This document shows positions 38,082 through 49,665 of a stretch of DNA of 64,000 bases, in pieces. How positions within the stretch are numbered: position 1 is the first letter of the stretch; the number at the start of each line of letters is the position of its first letter. The DNA lies in NCBI RefSeq assembly GCF_036365525.1, contig NC_090375.1, positions 77,171,402-77,235,401 on the forward strand, read 5' to 3'. The notes under the pieces were generated by a model. The model did not search any database. It was not told the DNA's origin and worked only from the letters and a program-made list of their open reading frames with translations. Source of the DNA: Heterodontus francisci (taxonomy: Eukaryota). Made by a program: the position numbers and the translations under genes.

Positions 38082-38543
38082 TCACTTCTCCCACCCACAT
38101 TACCCTTACAGGAAAGTGCCAGGTCAGAGAGGACGGACACTCAACCAGAATGCCCCCGTTGTGCTAGCCAAATTTGGCTTACCTTCTGATTGTTACTGCT
38201 GCGGTCTACTCAGTTTCACCCTCCCTGCCAAGCCACACTACCTCTCGCAATGGCTGCGAACTGCAGCCAAGACTGACTGTCCACTGAGCTTCTGCCTCCT
38301 TTTAGTTGCCGAGGCTTCGAAGCTCAGTTGTTCTCATGCGCCCCTCGCAAAATTGGAAAAACGCTGGTAAAACTGCAATTAATTGCCTGTTTAACAGGCT
38401 TAATTACCTTCCCGCCGCCTTCAAGTATGGCCTCAACCCGCCAGCGTGGCCACCTCCGGGAATATCCCCGACAACCCCCTGATCCCATTAGCCGCCATTT
38501 TCCTGCCTCCCAGCCTGTTTCCAAGAGCTGGCAAAATTCTGAC

Positions 38544-38855
38544 CACATTTATGATGACACCCAGCTCTATCTACCCTCCACTGGCCTCTTGCACATCCCA
38601 ATTTTAATCGTTCCACCACTGGCAGCTGTCCTTTCAGCTATCTAGGCCCTAAGTTCTACAATTCCCTCCCTAAACCTCTTTTGTTTCTCTACTCTCTCTC
38701 CTTCAAGATGCTCCTTAAGATCGATATCTTTGACCGAGTCATCTGTCTCAATACATCATGTGGGCTGGTGTCAAATTTTGTTTGATAATGCTCCAGTGAA
38801 GCACCTTGGGGCATGTTATTACGTTACAGGCCCTACCTAAATGCAAGTGGTTATG
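38544..38855 (+). mobile_element. L2 right part (DDTQLY, then internally deleted to 3' tail)
   Basis: ATGATGACACCCAGCTCTAT and L2-type tail GTGAAGCACCTTGGG...TAAATGCAAGT. Confidence 0.75.
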
Positions 38856-39220
38856 TTTCACCAATGAGCATACACACTATAAAAAGCTGTATTTCACTTG
38901 CATACAGAGCAAAGCCACATGTACCCGAGGGGTCATATGGTCTACTCCCACTCCTATTTCTAATGCTATGTTCTTATTGGATTTGGCCTATTGAAAGTAA
39001 TTATAGATATATCTTCACTGACAGCAAGTGTCAGTGTTCCCAATAGATCTTTTTGATGTATTTTGCTCTGACAGAAATATTGTATTGTTATTTATTTTTC
39101 CTTTTCTGTTTATAAATGTGATTTACTCTCGAGGATATGCTGCTGCACGGCTTCAAATTTTTATAGTTCAGTCATATATTTTTGTAAAGTCCTTAAATTT
39201 TTTAAACGGGTATTAGACAG

Positions 39221-39551
39221 TAAAGGCCTGCTCGGGTATAAAATTGAAACCTTTCCCGGGCCCAACCTAACCATAGCCAGCCCGAACCCAATCTGGGCCC
39301 GAGTTCTTGAATTTTTTTTTAATCGCACCCAAACCAACCCAAATATCGTTCATCCGTTCTGGCAGCAGGCTATTCCTGCAGATGGAGTTGTGGGGAATTA
39401 CAGGTAAGCCTGATCCCATGACTTCCCGGAAGCAGCACTGTCCAGCCCGACCCGACCAGAGTCCAAGTGCTGCACTCGGAATATAGACCCAACTCGAACC
39501 CGACACATGTAGTCAGGTCTAGTCGGGTGCGGGTCGGGTAGCCAGACTTTA
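39221..39551. mobile_element. 331-bp hAT-type MITE with perfect 8-bp TSD
   Basis: TSD TTAGACAG at 39213-39220 and 39552-39559. Ends TAAAGGCCTGCT / AGCCAGACTTTA. Multiple (A)CCCGA subterminal motifs. Confidence 0.85.
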
Positions 39552-39904
39552 TTAGACAGTTGCTTTAAAAAGAATATCTAAGGGAATGGGGAGGAAGGAG
39601 AGTGGGATTAGGATAGGTGGCTCATATGAAGACTTCACAAGTTGCATGGCCTGTTTCTGTGCTGTGATTTAACGAGGAAAGTTTTCAGCCATGTGCTCAG
39701 TGTTTTGTGGGCAGCAGGGAGCTGGAGGGAAGGTGACTCGCCTGCCTTTTCTCCTCACGTAGAATCTATGAACTGCATAAAACTACCACAAGACAGTACG
39801 GTTAGGAACAACAACTGATCATGTGGGGAACTATGGACAGGAATCCTCAGCTCACTATTCTTTGGGGCACTAACGTGCAACACGGCCCATGGAAAGATGT
39901 CTTT

Positions 39905-40690
39905 TAAGACAACAACTCCTCACATTGATAAAGCCTCTTTAACACAGTAAAACATCTTTGGTACTTTACAGGATCATTATCAAAAAAAATCTGACACCAA
40001 GCCACGTATGGAGATATTAGGACAGATGACCAAAAGCTTGGTCAGAGGTAGTTTCTAAGCAGTGCTGGAAAAGAGAAGAGTGGTTTAAGGAGAGATTTTC
40101 AGAACTTAGAGCCTAAGCAGTTGAAAGGATTGCTGCCAACAGGTAGAGAAATAAAAATTGGGGATGTGCATGAGGCCAGAATTGGAGGAGCACAAAGATC
40201 TCGTAAGGTTTTGGTGCTGGAGGAGGTTGTGTAGATAGGGAGGGATGAGGCCATGGAAGGATTTGAAAACAAGGTTCAGAATTTTAAAATTGAGGCAATG
40301 CCAGACCAGGAGCCAATGTTGGTCCAGTGAGCCCATGGGTGATAGGTGAACACGTTAGGATATGGGCAGCAGAGTTATAAATGAACTCAAGTTAACGAAG
40401 AGTGTAATGTAGGAGGCCAGCCAGGAGAGCTTTGGAATAGGCACATCTAGAGGTAACAAAGGCATGGATGAGGGTTTCAGCAACCCTCAATGATGTGGTT
40501 TCAGCAACCCTGAGCTGAGGCACAGGTGGAGTTGGGCAATGTCAGAGGTAGAAGTCGGCTGTATTTGTCTTGGAGCGGACGTGGTCAAATACAACACCAA
40601 GGTTGTGAGTGGTCTGGTTCAGCCTCAGACAGTAGCCAGGAAGAATGGAGTCGGTGGTTAGAGAACAGAGTTTGTAGCGGGGTCTGAAGG
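39905..40690 (-). mobile_element. L2 LINE 3' fragment
   Basis: HNLGVVFD, HWLLVWHCLNFKILNLVFKSFHGLIPPYL, and an L2 tail in reverse near 39910-39990. Confidence 0.8.
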
Positions 40691-42304
40691 CAGGAAAACC
40701 ATACCTCTGGGGGAATCTCTGCCCACTTTCCGGCTGCCAAAATGGTAACTGTGAGCTTTGCGTATATTTGCATGGATTAAAAGTAGTGTACCTGCAAAAT
40801 TGGGTACTGAAACTGATCAAATGATTATCCAAGGAAACAAATGGAATTTAATAATGCCACAAATACTAAAAGAGCTGAATTAAATAGGGATAAGAATCCC
40901 CCAAGAGTGGATTTTGGCATGCTGGGATATTGCTTAAGAGGGGAATGCTCATCATCCATGTTTAATTCATGCAACTAAACTGAAACCCATTCGTAAGTGC
41001 ATTGTGTGGCAGACTTAACATTATTGGTTTTCTACGCACTCTTGAATGAAATGACAGCTATGGCCACATAATAGAGTGCCTTGCAAAAGGGAAGCTTTTG
41101 CTGGTTCTAGTTATTAATTAAGTCAAACATGGACACTACACTGAGCTACCCAGAAACAAATCAATGTTGATACGTGAAAAATAAATGTTATTTTTCAAGA
41201 CAAAAACTGTAGAACTGGACAGTTTGGGGACTTCACGGCCACTGAAATGATGCATTGTAAACATCAAAGTCCTTCCAAATACAGGATGGTGTGGTCTGTG
41301 CTCTAAAAGCAGGTCAGCCCTCAGGCTGTACTTTAAGCATTAAACAAATTGCCATAAACATGCTTATCACCACTTGGGGCTGGCACCAAGTATCAAATAT
41401 ATGTTGGAAAAATTGAAAATAGTAATCAATCTTTAGCTTTTCACAGAGAAAGGCATATGCCAGTTATATCATTGTGTGGGTTTTTGATCATCAATCACCA
41501 TAAATGAATTTTTCCCTCATTACCGATTAAATTATCAATGTCATTAAACATGGTCACTATTTTTAGCACATGCTATTTGAAGAAAATATGCAAATTTTAG
41601 AAACTGCTGTAAAATTGAATATATTAAAAACATTTGAAATAAATTACAAACTGAAAAACTCCATTCAAAAAATGATGAGACACAGATTTAGGAAGAACAT
41701 CCTTTTTAAACTAGTAGGGAGTGCTTGATAAATGAAAAACTTGTGGCAGATGTGACTTGTGTTTTTTTAAGTCTCCATCATAGAAGATAATGCTATCATA
41801 CACAGAGAGGAAACTATTTAGAGCTGCTGTATTTCATTTGTTTAGCACTAATTAAAGTAGTGCCATGAGGGTGATTCACAGATATAGCCATTTAAAGGAC
41901 TAAAATTGTATTGAAAGGACTCTGCCATGAAGTAGATGCATGTCTGCTCAATTTTTAATGTTATGTAGTGAACAATTTTCATGTACAATGAATTGATAGG
42001 ATCTGTGAGAATGGGTTATATTTACCTTTTAAAAGATTTTATCTTCAAAGTAACTGAATGATGTCATTTTGTGGTGAACTGTGGCAGAGAAACCCCATCT
42101 ATACAAAAAAACAAGTATAGCCCCTATAGTGGGATACAATTTTAATTTAATTTAATAATAATAAATGAAAAGAAAATTAACTGTGCTCACCTGCTACCCT
42201 TTTCCCTCCCCAATGGAAATGAGGGGGAAAAGAGATGTATAAGGGGTGGCAGAATCGATAGCACCCATTTTACATAATCACTCAAAGTCAAAATTACATC
42301 CATT

Positions 42305-42425
42305 GTCTTTTAGCTGAGACATTAAACTGAGATCCTGTCCGGTGGATGCAAAAGATCCATGACACTATTTGAAGAAGAGAAAGGAAGCTCTGCTGGTGTC
42401 CTGGCCAATGTTTATACCTCAACAA
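42305..42425 (+). mobile_element. DeuSINE (Deu-domain) fragment
   Basis: TGAGACATTAAACTGAG...AAAGATCCATGACACTATTTGAAGAAGAG...GGTGTCCTGGCCAA matches the Deu/AmnSINE-type core as recalled. Abuts a 14036-type LINE RT fragment (about 42423-42548). Confidence 0.65.
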
Positions 42426-42589
42426 GCTGTTCCAGTACAGCTACAATATGAATAACTGCCTGACAAAGTTAAAAATTGCCCAGGTATGTTCTGTCCATGA
42501 AAATCAGTATGAATCCAATCCAGCCAATTAACAAGCATCAGCAAAGTAAAATTGTTAATCAACATCAACTTAAGTCATAAAAGTTTAAT

Positions 42590-43222
42590 AGTCTAATAAA
42601 TAAAGGCATGGCAGGGCAGCTTGGTCCCTTGGAGTGTGCATCCTGTTCCATGTGGAAACTCCAGGACCCTTCTCGTGTCCTGGAAAACCACATGTGCAGG
42701 ATGTGTTGTCAGCTGCGGCAGCTTGAGCATGGGGTTTTGGAGCTTCAGCAGCAGCTGGTGTCACTACAGTACATCTGAGAGACCGAATGTTTCATGGATA
42801 GCATGCTTATAGATGTGGTCACCCTGCCGCTTAAGGGTATGCAAGCAGAGAGGGAATGAGTGACAGCAAGGCAATCAAGAAGGTTGTGCAGGAGTCCCCT
42901 AAGTGGACTTCACTCTCAAACCAGTATCCCATTCTGCATACTGGTGAGAGAGATGGTTCCTCAAGGGTGTGCAGGTAAAGCCTATTCCACACCACCACAG
43001 CCGCCTCAGCTATAAAAGGAGGGCAGGGGAAAGATTGGAAAAGCAATAGTGATCGGAGATTCTATAGTTAGGGGCACAGACGGATGTTTCTGTGGCCGCA
43101 ACTGTGAATTCAGGAAGGTACATTGCTTCGCTGGTTCCAGGATGTCACTGAGCAGCTACAGAGCACTCTGAAGGGGGAGGGTGAATAACCAGTGGTCGTG
43201 GTCCATATCAGTACCAACATAG
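42590..43222 (+). mobile_element. CR1 5' fragment (ORF1 zinc finger to esterase)
   Basis: ATG at 42608 with CxxC...HxCxxC pattern, IGDSIVRG, VVVHISTN. Homologous to 17733 ORF1. Confidence 0.8.
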
Positions 43223-44290
43223 GACATAGTGTCATTTAGAGAGTCATTTATGGCATAGAAGGAAGCCATTTGGCCCATTGAGTCCATGCCGGCTCTCCAA
43301 GGAGCAATCCAGTCAGATCCACTCTTCAACTCGGCCCCTGTAGCTCTGCAAGTTTATTTCCTTCAAGTACCCATCCAATTTCCTATTGAAATCATTGATG
43401 GTTTCCAATTCCACCACTCGTGAGCAGCGGGTTCCAAATCATTACCACCCACAGCGTAACAAAGTTCTTCCTCACATTCCCCTGCATCCTTTGCCCAAAA
43501 CCTTAAATCCCCTAGTCCTTGTACCATCAGTTAATGGGAACAGTTTTTCCTTGTCTAACTTATTTAAGCCTGTCAAAATCTTGTACCTCTCTATCAAATT
43601 TCCCCTCAACCTCCTTTGCTCCATGGAGAACAAGCCCAGCCTTTCCAACCTAGCCTTGTTACTAAAATCTCTCATCCCTGGAACCATTCTGGTACATCCC
43701 CTCTGCACCCTCTCAAAGGACTCTCACATCCTTCCTAATGTGTGGTGACCAGAACTGGATGCAATACTCTAGTTAGGGCCTAACCAGAGTTTTATAAAGG
43801 TTCAGCATAACTTCTCTGCTTTTGTATTCAATGCCTACATTTAGGAAGCCCAAGATCCCATATGCTTTGCTAACCACTCTCTCAATATGTCCTGCCACCT
43901 TCAAAGAGCGATGCACATGAACTCCCAGGTCCCTCCGCTCCTGTACTCTTTAGAATTGTGTCATTAAGTCGATGTTGCCTCACGCTTTCCCTTCTGCCAA
44001 AATGCATCACCTCACCTTTGTCAGTATTAAATTCCATTCGCCACTTGTCTGCCCATTCTGCTAGCCTACCTACATCCTGTTGCAGGCAGTTTGTACCATG
44101 CACACCGTTTGCCACTCCTCCAAATTTGGTATCACGGCACTTTTTGAAATTCTGCTCCATATTCCAAGATCCAAGTCACATAAATGTAGCAAAAAAAGCC
44201 ATGGTGCTAGCTGTGACTCTTGGGGAACAACACTGTCTACCATCTTTCTGACTGAAAAATAACCATTTACTGCAGCTCATTGTTTTCTGT
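43223..44290 (-). mobile_element. CR1 3' fragment
   Basis: DTKFGG...WADKWRMEFN, RLERLGLFSMEQRRLRG, CR1 3' stem-loop and tail. Confidence 0.88.
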
Positions 44291-45396
44291 TGTTACGGCA
44301 ATGTATTTTGTTGAATGATAATTTTCTTTGGTCCAGTGACTGGAGATCTGATTATTTTTTTGAAGAAATTTAAAAAGAACATTTTTAAAAAGGCAAGCTG
44401 CCAGCAAAGACATCCTTTCAGCATAAGATGATCACCTAGTTTGCAACACTGTATCTAACATTGCAAAGGACTGAGAGGAGAGAGACTTAATATCTGCTAA
44501 TAGCCCAGCAAGAACCAAGACGCAGTAAGTTTAAAGGAACTACCTGTTCTCTCAGCAAGCAGAGAAATACTGCTCCAGTTCCGAAGAAGGGTCACTGACC
44601 TGAAACGTTAACTCGGCTTCTCTCTCCACAGATGCTGCCAGACCTGCTGAGCATTTCCAGCATTTCTTGTTTATATTTCAGATTTCCAGCATCCGCAGTA
44701 TTTTTCTTTTATTTTAGAGAAATACTGCTAACTGCTATGTTTGAATCACTGAGTGACTGTCATGTGACATGTCTTCCCCATCTGTGGTTTTCTCTGCAGC
44801 AGAAGAGAAGCAACGAGACTCTGACATAAGCAGACCCGAAGTAGGGGACACCCCCCACTCTCTCTCTCTCTTCCAGCTTAAAAGCTTTCAAATCCTGCTG
44901 TTGACTGACCACCTTTGCATACTCCGGCTACAATCAGAAATCCTATTGGAGGAAATTATCCACATTGCTATTTCCAAGAGACTCACCGAACCTCTTCAAA
45001 CTAAAAACCTCAGGACCACTGAATTCAGCTTGAAGTCAGGCGAATCACCAAAATCCACAGACTGTATACGTTTTTTTATTGACTCTAATTCAACCAATAT
45101 CCCTTTCCCCACTCTGTAACCTATTTGTGTATGTGTAAACCTCTAGCATGGTGCATGTGTGAAAGTTGGCATGTTTATTATTTTATTAGTCCGGTTTAGG
45201 TACAATAAAGTTAACCTCTTTCTTTATTAAACTCAAGAAAACTTGTTTGACTGGCTCTTGTTATGATCATGACAAGAACCAATCAATCAAACACTGACTG
45301 AATTGGCCAGTACATCCACTTCAAGAAAGAATTAAACCTGTTGTGGTCAAACAAGGAAAGGGAAAAGAGGGAAGCCCTCCTCAGTTGACCGTAACA
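44291..45396 (+). mobile_element. 5' LTR of Gmr1-like Gypsy element
   Basis: TGTTACGG...CCGTAACA perfect 8-bp terminal inverted ends, AATAAA at about 45204, followed by PBS and gag. Confidence 0.88.
44575..44715 (+). mobile_element. 141-bp solo Penelope terminus with hammerhead-like motif
   Basis: Perfect 14-bp TSD AGAGAAATACTGCT (44561-44574 / 44716-44729). AGTT-CCGAAGA-AGGGTC-ACT-GACCT-GAAA-CGTT-AACT at 44577-44613. Confidence 0.85.
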
Positions 45397-45402
45397 GAAA
45401 TT

Positions 45403-45422
45403 TGGAGGCTTACGTCTGGGAT
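45403..45422 (+). other. Primer-binding site, tRNA-Pro-like
   Basis: TGGAGGCTTACGTCTGGGAT versus tRNA-Pro PBS TGGGGGCTCGTCCGGGAT, 6 nt after the LTR end. Confidence 0.6.
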
Positions 45423-45534
45423 CAAATCCAAAGACAAATAGGAAATTGGAAGTGGGAAACCAAATTGATCCCTAACAATAATTTTAGAACTTCAATACAG
45501 GTTTCCTTGTGTTTTTCAGTACTAGAGTACTAAA

Positions 45535-46380
45535 ATGTCCACATTCGAGGCCAGTACCTCTCCAGAACAGAGTGAAATAACTTGGTCCAGGTTAAAAGCC
45601 ACATCTGTTGAAGAGTTGAGGAACATATCTGGGCAGTTAGAGATTACTATCTGTCCAAATTCTAGGAAGCCTGAAATCCTAAAACTTGTGGCCAACCATT
45701 TTAAAATTGACACTGAAGAACCGGAGGCAGGCACAGAATTTGAAACAGACAACGTAACATTGGCTAAGATAAAGCTGGAACAGAGGAAATTAGAATTTGA
45801 ATTCCAAGAAAAAGGGCGAGCTTTTCAGGAAAGAGAGAAAGAAAAAGCTTTTGAGAGAGAGAAAAATGGGAAAGAGAATTCCAGGAAAGGGAAAGAGATC
45901 TTTCCAAAAGGAGGAGGAGGAAAGGTAATTAAGGCGGCTCAAATGAAGTAGGGGGAAGACCCAAACAACCAATGAAGGCACCACTAGTGAGGGAGTTACC
46001 CCTAGCTCAGGACTGGGTGCTGAGCTCTTAAAGTTCTCCCAGTTGATACCAAAGTTCAATGAGGGGGATGTGGAAGCATTTTTTTATCCGTTTTGAAAAG
46101 CTTGCAAAACAATTGAAGTGGCCAGTGGACAGCTGGATACTGTTATTGCAAAGCAAACCAACAAGAAAAGCCCATGAGGTTTAATCACTGTTGCCTGATG
46201 AGAGTTAATCAGATTATGAGATGACTAAAAATGCAATTCTGAGTGCATATGAGCTAGTACCGGAAGTGTATTGCCAAAAGTTCTGAACTCTCCAAAAGCA
46301 GCCGGAACAAACTTACATCGAGTTCGAAAGGGTTAAGCAACTTGCTTTCAACCGATGGAAATGTGCACTTAAGATAGAGT
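45535..46380 (+). pseudogene. Gmr1-like gag (coiled coil, capsid, start of SCAN-like domain), truncated
   Basis: ORF 45535-45951 then LIPKFNEGDVEAF..FEKLAKQLKWP...KNAILSAYELVPEVYCQKF*TLQKQPEQTYIEF...FNRW. Confidence 0.85.
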
Positions 46381-46384
46381 CCAT

Positions 46385-47297
46385 CGATGAATACCTGAGA
46401 GAGTCATAACCCTCAGAGGGAAAACATTTCTCTGCATCTCTGTCTTAAAATAAGGGGTCGTCCATTTAAAACAGTGACCCCTCGTTCTAGATTCTCCCAC
46501 AACAGGAAACATCCTTTCCACATCCACCCTGTCAAGACCCCTCAGAATCATATATGTTTCAATTAAGTCGCCTCTTACTCTTCTAAACTCCAGCGGATAC
46601 AAGCCTAGCTTGTCTAACCTTTCCTCATAAGACAACCCATCCATTCCAGGTATTACTCTAGGAAGCCTTCTCTGAACTGCTTCCAATGCATTTACATCCT
46701 TCCTGAAATGAGACCAATACTATACACAGTATTCCAGATGTAGTCTCACCAATGCCCCGTATAACTGTAGCATAACCTCCCTATTTTTGTATTCAATTCA
46801 CCTCGCAATAAATGATAACATTCTACTAGCTTTCCTAATTACTTGATGTACCTGCATACTAACCTTTGGCGATTCATGCACTAGGACCCCCAGATCCCTC
46901 TGCATTTCAGAGCTCTACAATATCTCACCATTTATATAATATGCTTCTTTTTTACTCGTCCTGCCAAACTGGACAATATCACATTTTCCCACATTATACT
47001 CCATTTGCCAGATCTTTGCCCATTCACTTAACCTATAAGGAGGCTATAAGGAGGACATAAGCTAGTAGCCTCCTTATGTCCCCTTCACAACTTACTTTCC
47101 TAACTATCTTTGTGTTATCAGCAAATTTAGCAACCATGTCTTCGGTCCCTTCATCCAAGTCATTTATATAAATTGTAAAAAAGTTGAATGCCCCAGCACT
47201 GATCCCTGTGGCACACCACTCGTTACACCTCACCAACCAGAAAATTACCCATTTATGCCTACTCTCTGGTTCCTGTTAGCTAGCCAATCTTCTATAT
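46385..47297 (-). mobile_element. CR1 RT 3' fragment
   Basis: IYINDLDEG...AKFADNTK, YEERLDKLGLYPLEFRRVRGDLIETY. Confidence 0.88.
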
Positions 47298-48759
47298 AAC
47301 TGCACTATCGTTGGAGAAAATGGTGTGTGTTAAATTTAGGGCAAGTCTCCCCACCTTCCAACCTCCTCCTGCAGCCTTCCAACCTGAACCCAATCACCCT
47401 CGACCCACCCAATGTTGCCGTTACTCTTCCCTCTGTTACCATTGAACCTCCCCCCCATTACCGTGCATAGTGTAATAATCAATTTGTTCATGCCATCCCT
47501 CCCCCTTGCTCCTACTCCCATCACCATCGACATGCTGACTCTGACCCTTGATCCTCTTGAAATTCACTTTATAATTGAAGAGTCCTGTTCCCCTCCCTAT
47601 GATGTTGTAGAATACCCGACCACAAGTCTTGACCGTTCCCCCGCACCCACCCCCCCACCTACAGAATCCATTTGCCCCATTGACTGTGACCATTCCCTCT
47701 TCCAGTCAATACCCTGAATTCGCTCCCCAGATACCCAGTATTGGCAGCACTCATCCCTCCCTTTAGGCCCTTCCTGATCATCTTCTGACTGTCAACCCAC
47801 CACCCCCACAGCCGCCCGCTATACACCATGGACGCTCCACTCCTCCCTCCCCTGCTCCTCCACGCACCCCACCCTGTCCTTTCCTCCTCGCCTTTGCCAC
47901 CATCCCAAAAACAATCACCCTTGCTAGTGCAGAGTCTGGAGCCAAACATCCATTCCAATGCTGGTGTTTGTTTTGCCGATGAGTTAAAGAGAGAACAACA
48001 CAGACCTAAGACTCAACTGCAAAAAGCCGACTGTTGCATGCCACGTTGCAACAAACATGAACCGGGTGGCACAGAAATAGTGCTCGCTGTTCATTTTATC
48101 AAACAGATAGGACTTCATTGTAACTAAGTGTAGGCTAATGAATATTCATAGCATGTAAATGAATGTAAAGCTGCAATCTGCCACCATGTGGGGAGAACCC
48201 TGGAACGCCACAAACACGCCGTCAACTTAATTTAAAATATCCCGCCGTCGGGAATCTGAAAAAATACCTCCCTCCTAATTAAAACAACCCGCACAACATC
48301 AAATCCGCTCTTGCAGAGCCCATAAAATTTCACCCAGAATCTTTGAACTGGAAAATATTATTCATATTTAATCCAGTTGAATCCAACTGGATTGACTTAA
48401 TCAAACCAGCAAGACTGTCTGCAACTTATTAAAAAAAAATTGTTGTGGGGGAATCATTTTATGATTTCCGTCACCATAGGGTGCGGTCACGGATTTTTTT
48501 CACGTCTAACTGGCACTGGTGTTGAATATCAATTCATTTACAACATTCCAAGGGCTTTGCTTGTGAAAATGAAAGTCCATTTGAGGTGCACATGTTTGTT
48601 GTCACATTTTATTTTTTTGCCAAAATAAATAAAGTTACAGGAATGAAGCGACAATTTCAATATTTACAAGGAGTTATGTAATTATAGCTTAGTTTCAAAC
48701 AGTTCAAATGAACAGAGGTTTATTTCAGACCCACATATTTTGGAAAGTATGCAGCATTA

Positions 48760-49665
48760 CATCTGCCACTGATGTCCATTTTTACACAGGTCACTGTTTC
48801 TCCAGGAGGCACTTCTTTGATACTTGTAGAAATGCCTGCGTAGATCTTCAGTTATGAAATACAGCCTGTCTGCGGATCCTGGAATGGGGCAGTGTCTTGG
48901 ATCAACAGCTCTTAAATAATCATTACACAATATCAGGATGCTTTGTTGATGACCAATTTGCTGATCGTCTAATAAAACAAGAGCCTCTCTTCAGAGTTTC
49001 AGATGTGTGTTGTGGTGTACACAAAACCAGCCCATTCATGCACGTTCTGTGGTATACGTGTGCCATATCATCCCTGTCAATGTTATAACCCCTTCTACAA
49101 AAAGCTTCAACTTCCTGGGGATTGAACATTCGTAACTCACCTCTGACTAAAAAGTGTTTCTCTCCAAAGGCTTCATGGGCATTTTCTTCTCCCTTCCTTG
49201 GGCTTAACATTGCACTGCAAAATCTTCTAACTAACGCTGATCTTGTAAACTCATCCAGAGTGGCAAATTTTTCATGAGAAGAAACTTATGCACTACCTGC
49301 GCGATAATTCCCCTATACCCTTTAAGTTGTTGTTTCATTTGCCAATGCCTCAAAAGGGAAAGCATGAATGGGTCCACAAGTGCCCCCACGTGGCTACACC
49401 TTTCGGATGATGTGTCAGTAAGTGCACATTAAATGTCATGGCTCCTGAACTGTATAAGATTTGTACCCTGACGACAAATGAATAGATCAATACATCTCAC
49501 TTTTATACCTCATCAACAGGGATTGATTTTTGTAATAACAGGGAAGAAATCTGCACAAGTAGAACACAGTGACTGAAATAAATCTCATCCCACTTAAACA
49601 TGGCAGTCTGTAGAACAATAGCCACATGTACCATTGAGGCCTTCCAGTATTTCCTCTCATTAGCT
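48760..49665 (-). pseudogene. Ancient EnSpm/CACTA (CMC) transposase C-terminal relic
   Basis: Manual translation with frameshifts: ERKYWKAS-WYMWLLFYRLPCLSG...LLLQKSI...FVVRVQILYSSGAMTFNVHLLTHHPKGVATWGHLWTHS-AFPFE. Confidence 0.8.

Larger units (their letters stand above)
30057..38543. mobile_element. Complete but decayed PIF/Harbinger transposon inserted in L2
   Basis: Imperfect TIRs TGCCGGGATTTTACCAGC / GCTGGCAAAATTCTGAC, 3-bp CAC on both sides (30054-30056, 38544-38546), convergent Myb-like and transposase genes. L2 frame rejoins across it (...H-I-Y-DDTQLY). Confidence 0.8.

Noticed and set aside
40473-40511. 15-bp direct repeat GGTTTCAGCAACCCT around a 9-bp spacer
   Set aside because: Small local duplication inside a dead L2, too short to be an insertion of interest.
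45535-46380. Host SCAN zinc-finger gene
   Set aside because: Directly downstream of an LTR and PBS, has stops, and has no zinc fingers.
47336-47958. Pro/Gly-rich ORFs
   Set aside because: C-rich low-complexity interior of a probable non-autonomous DNA element, with no domain signal.
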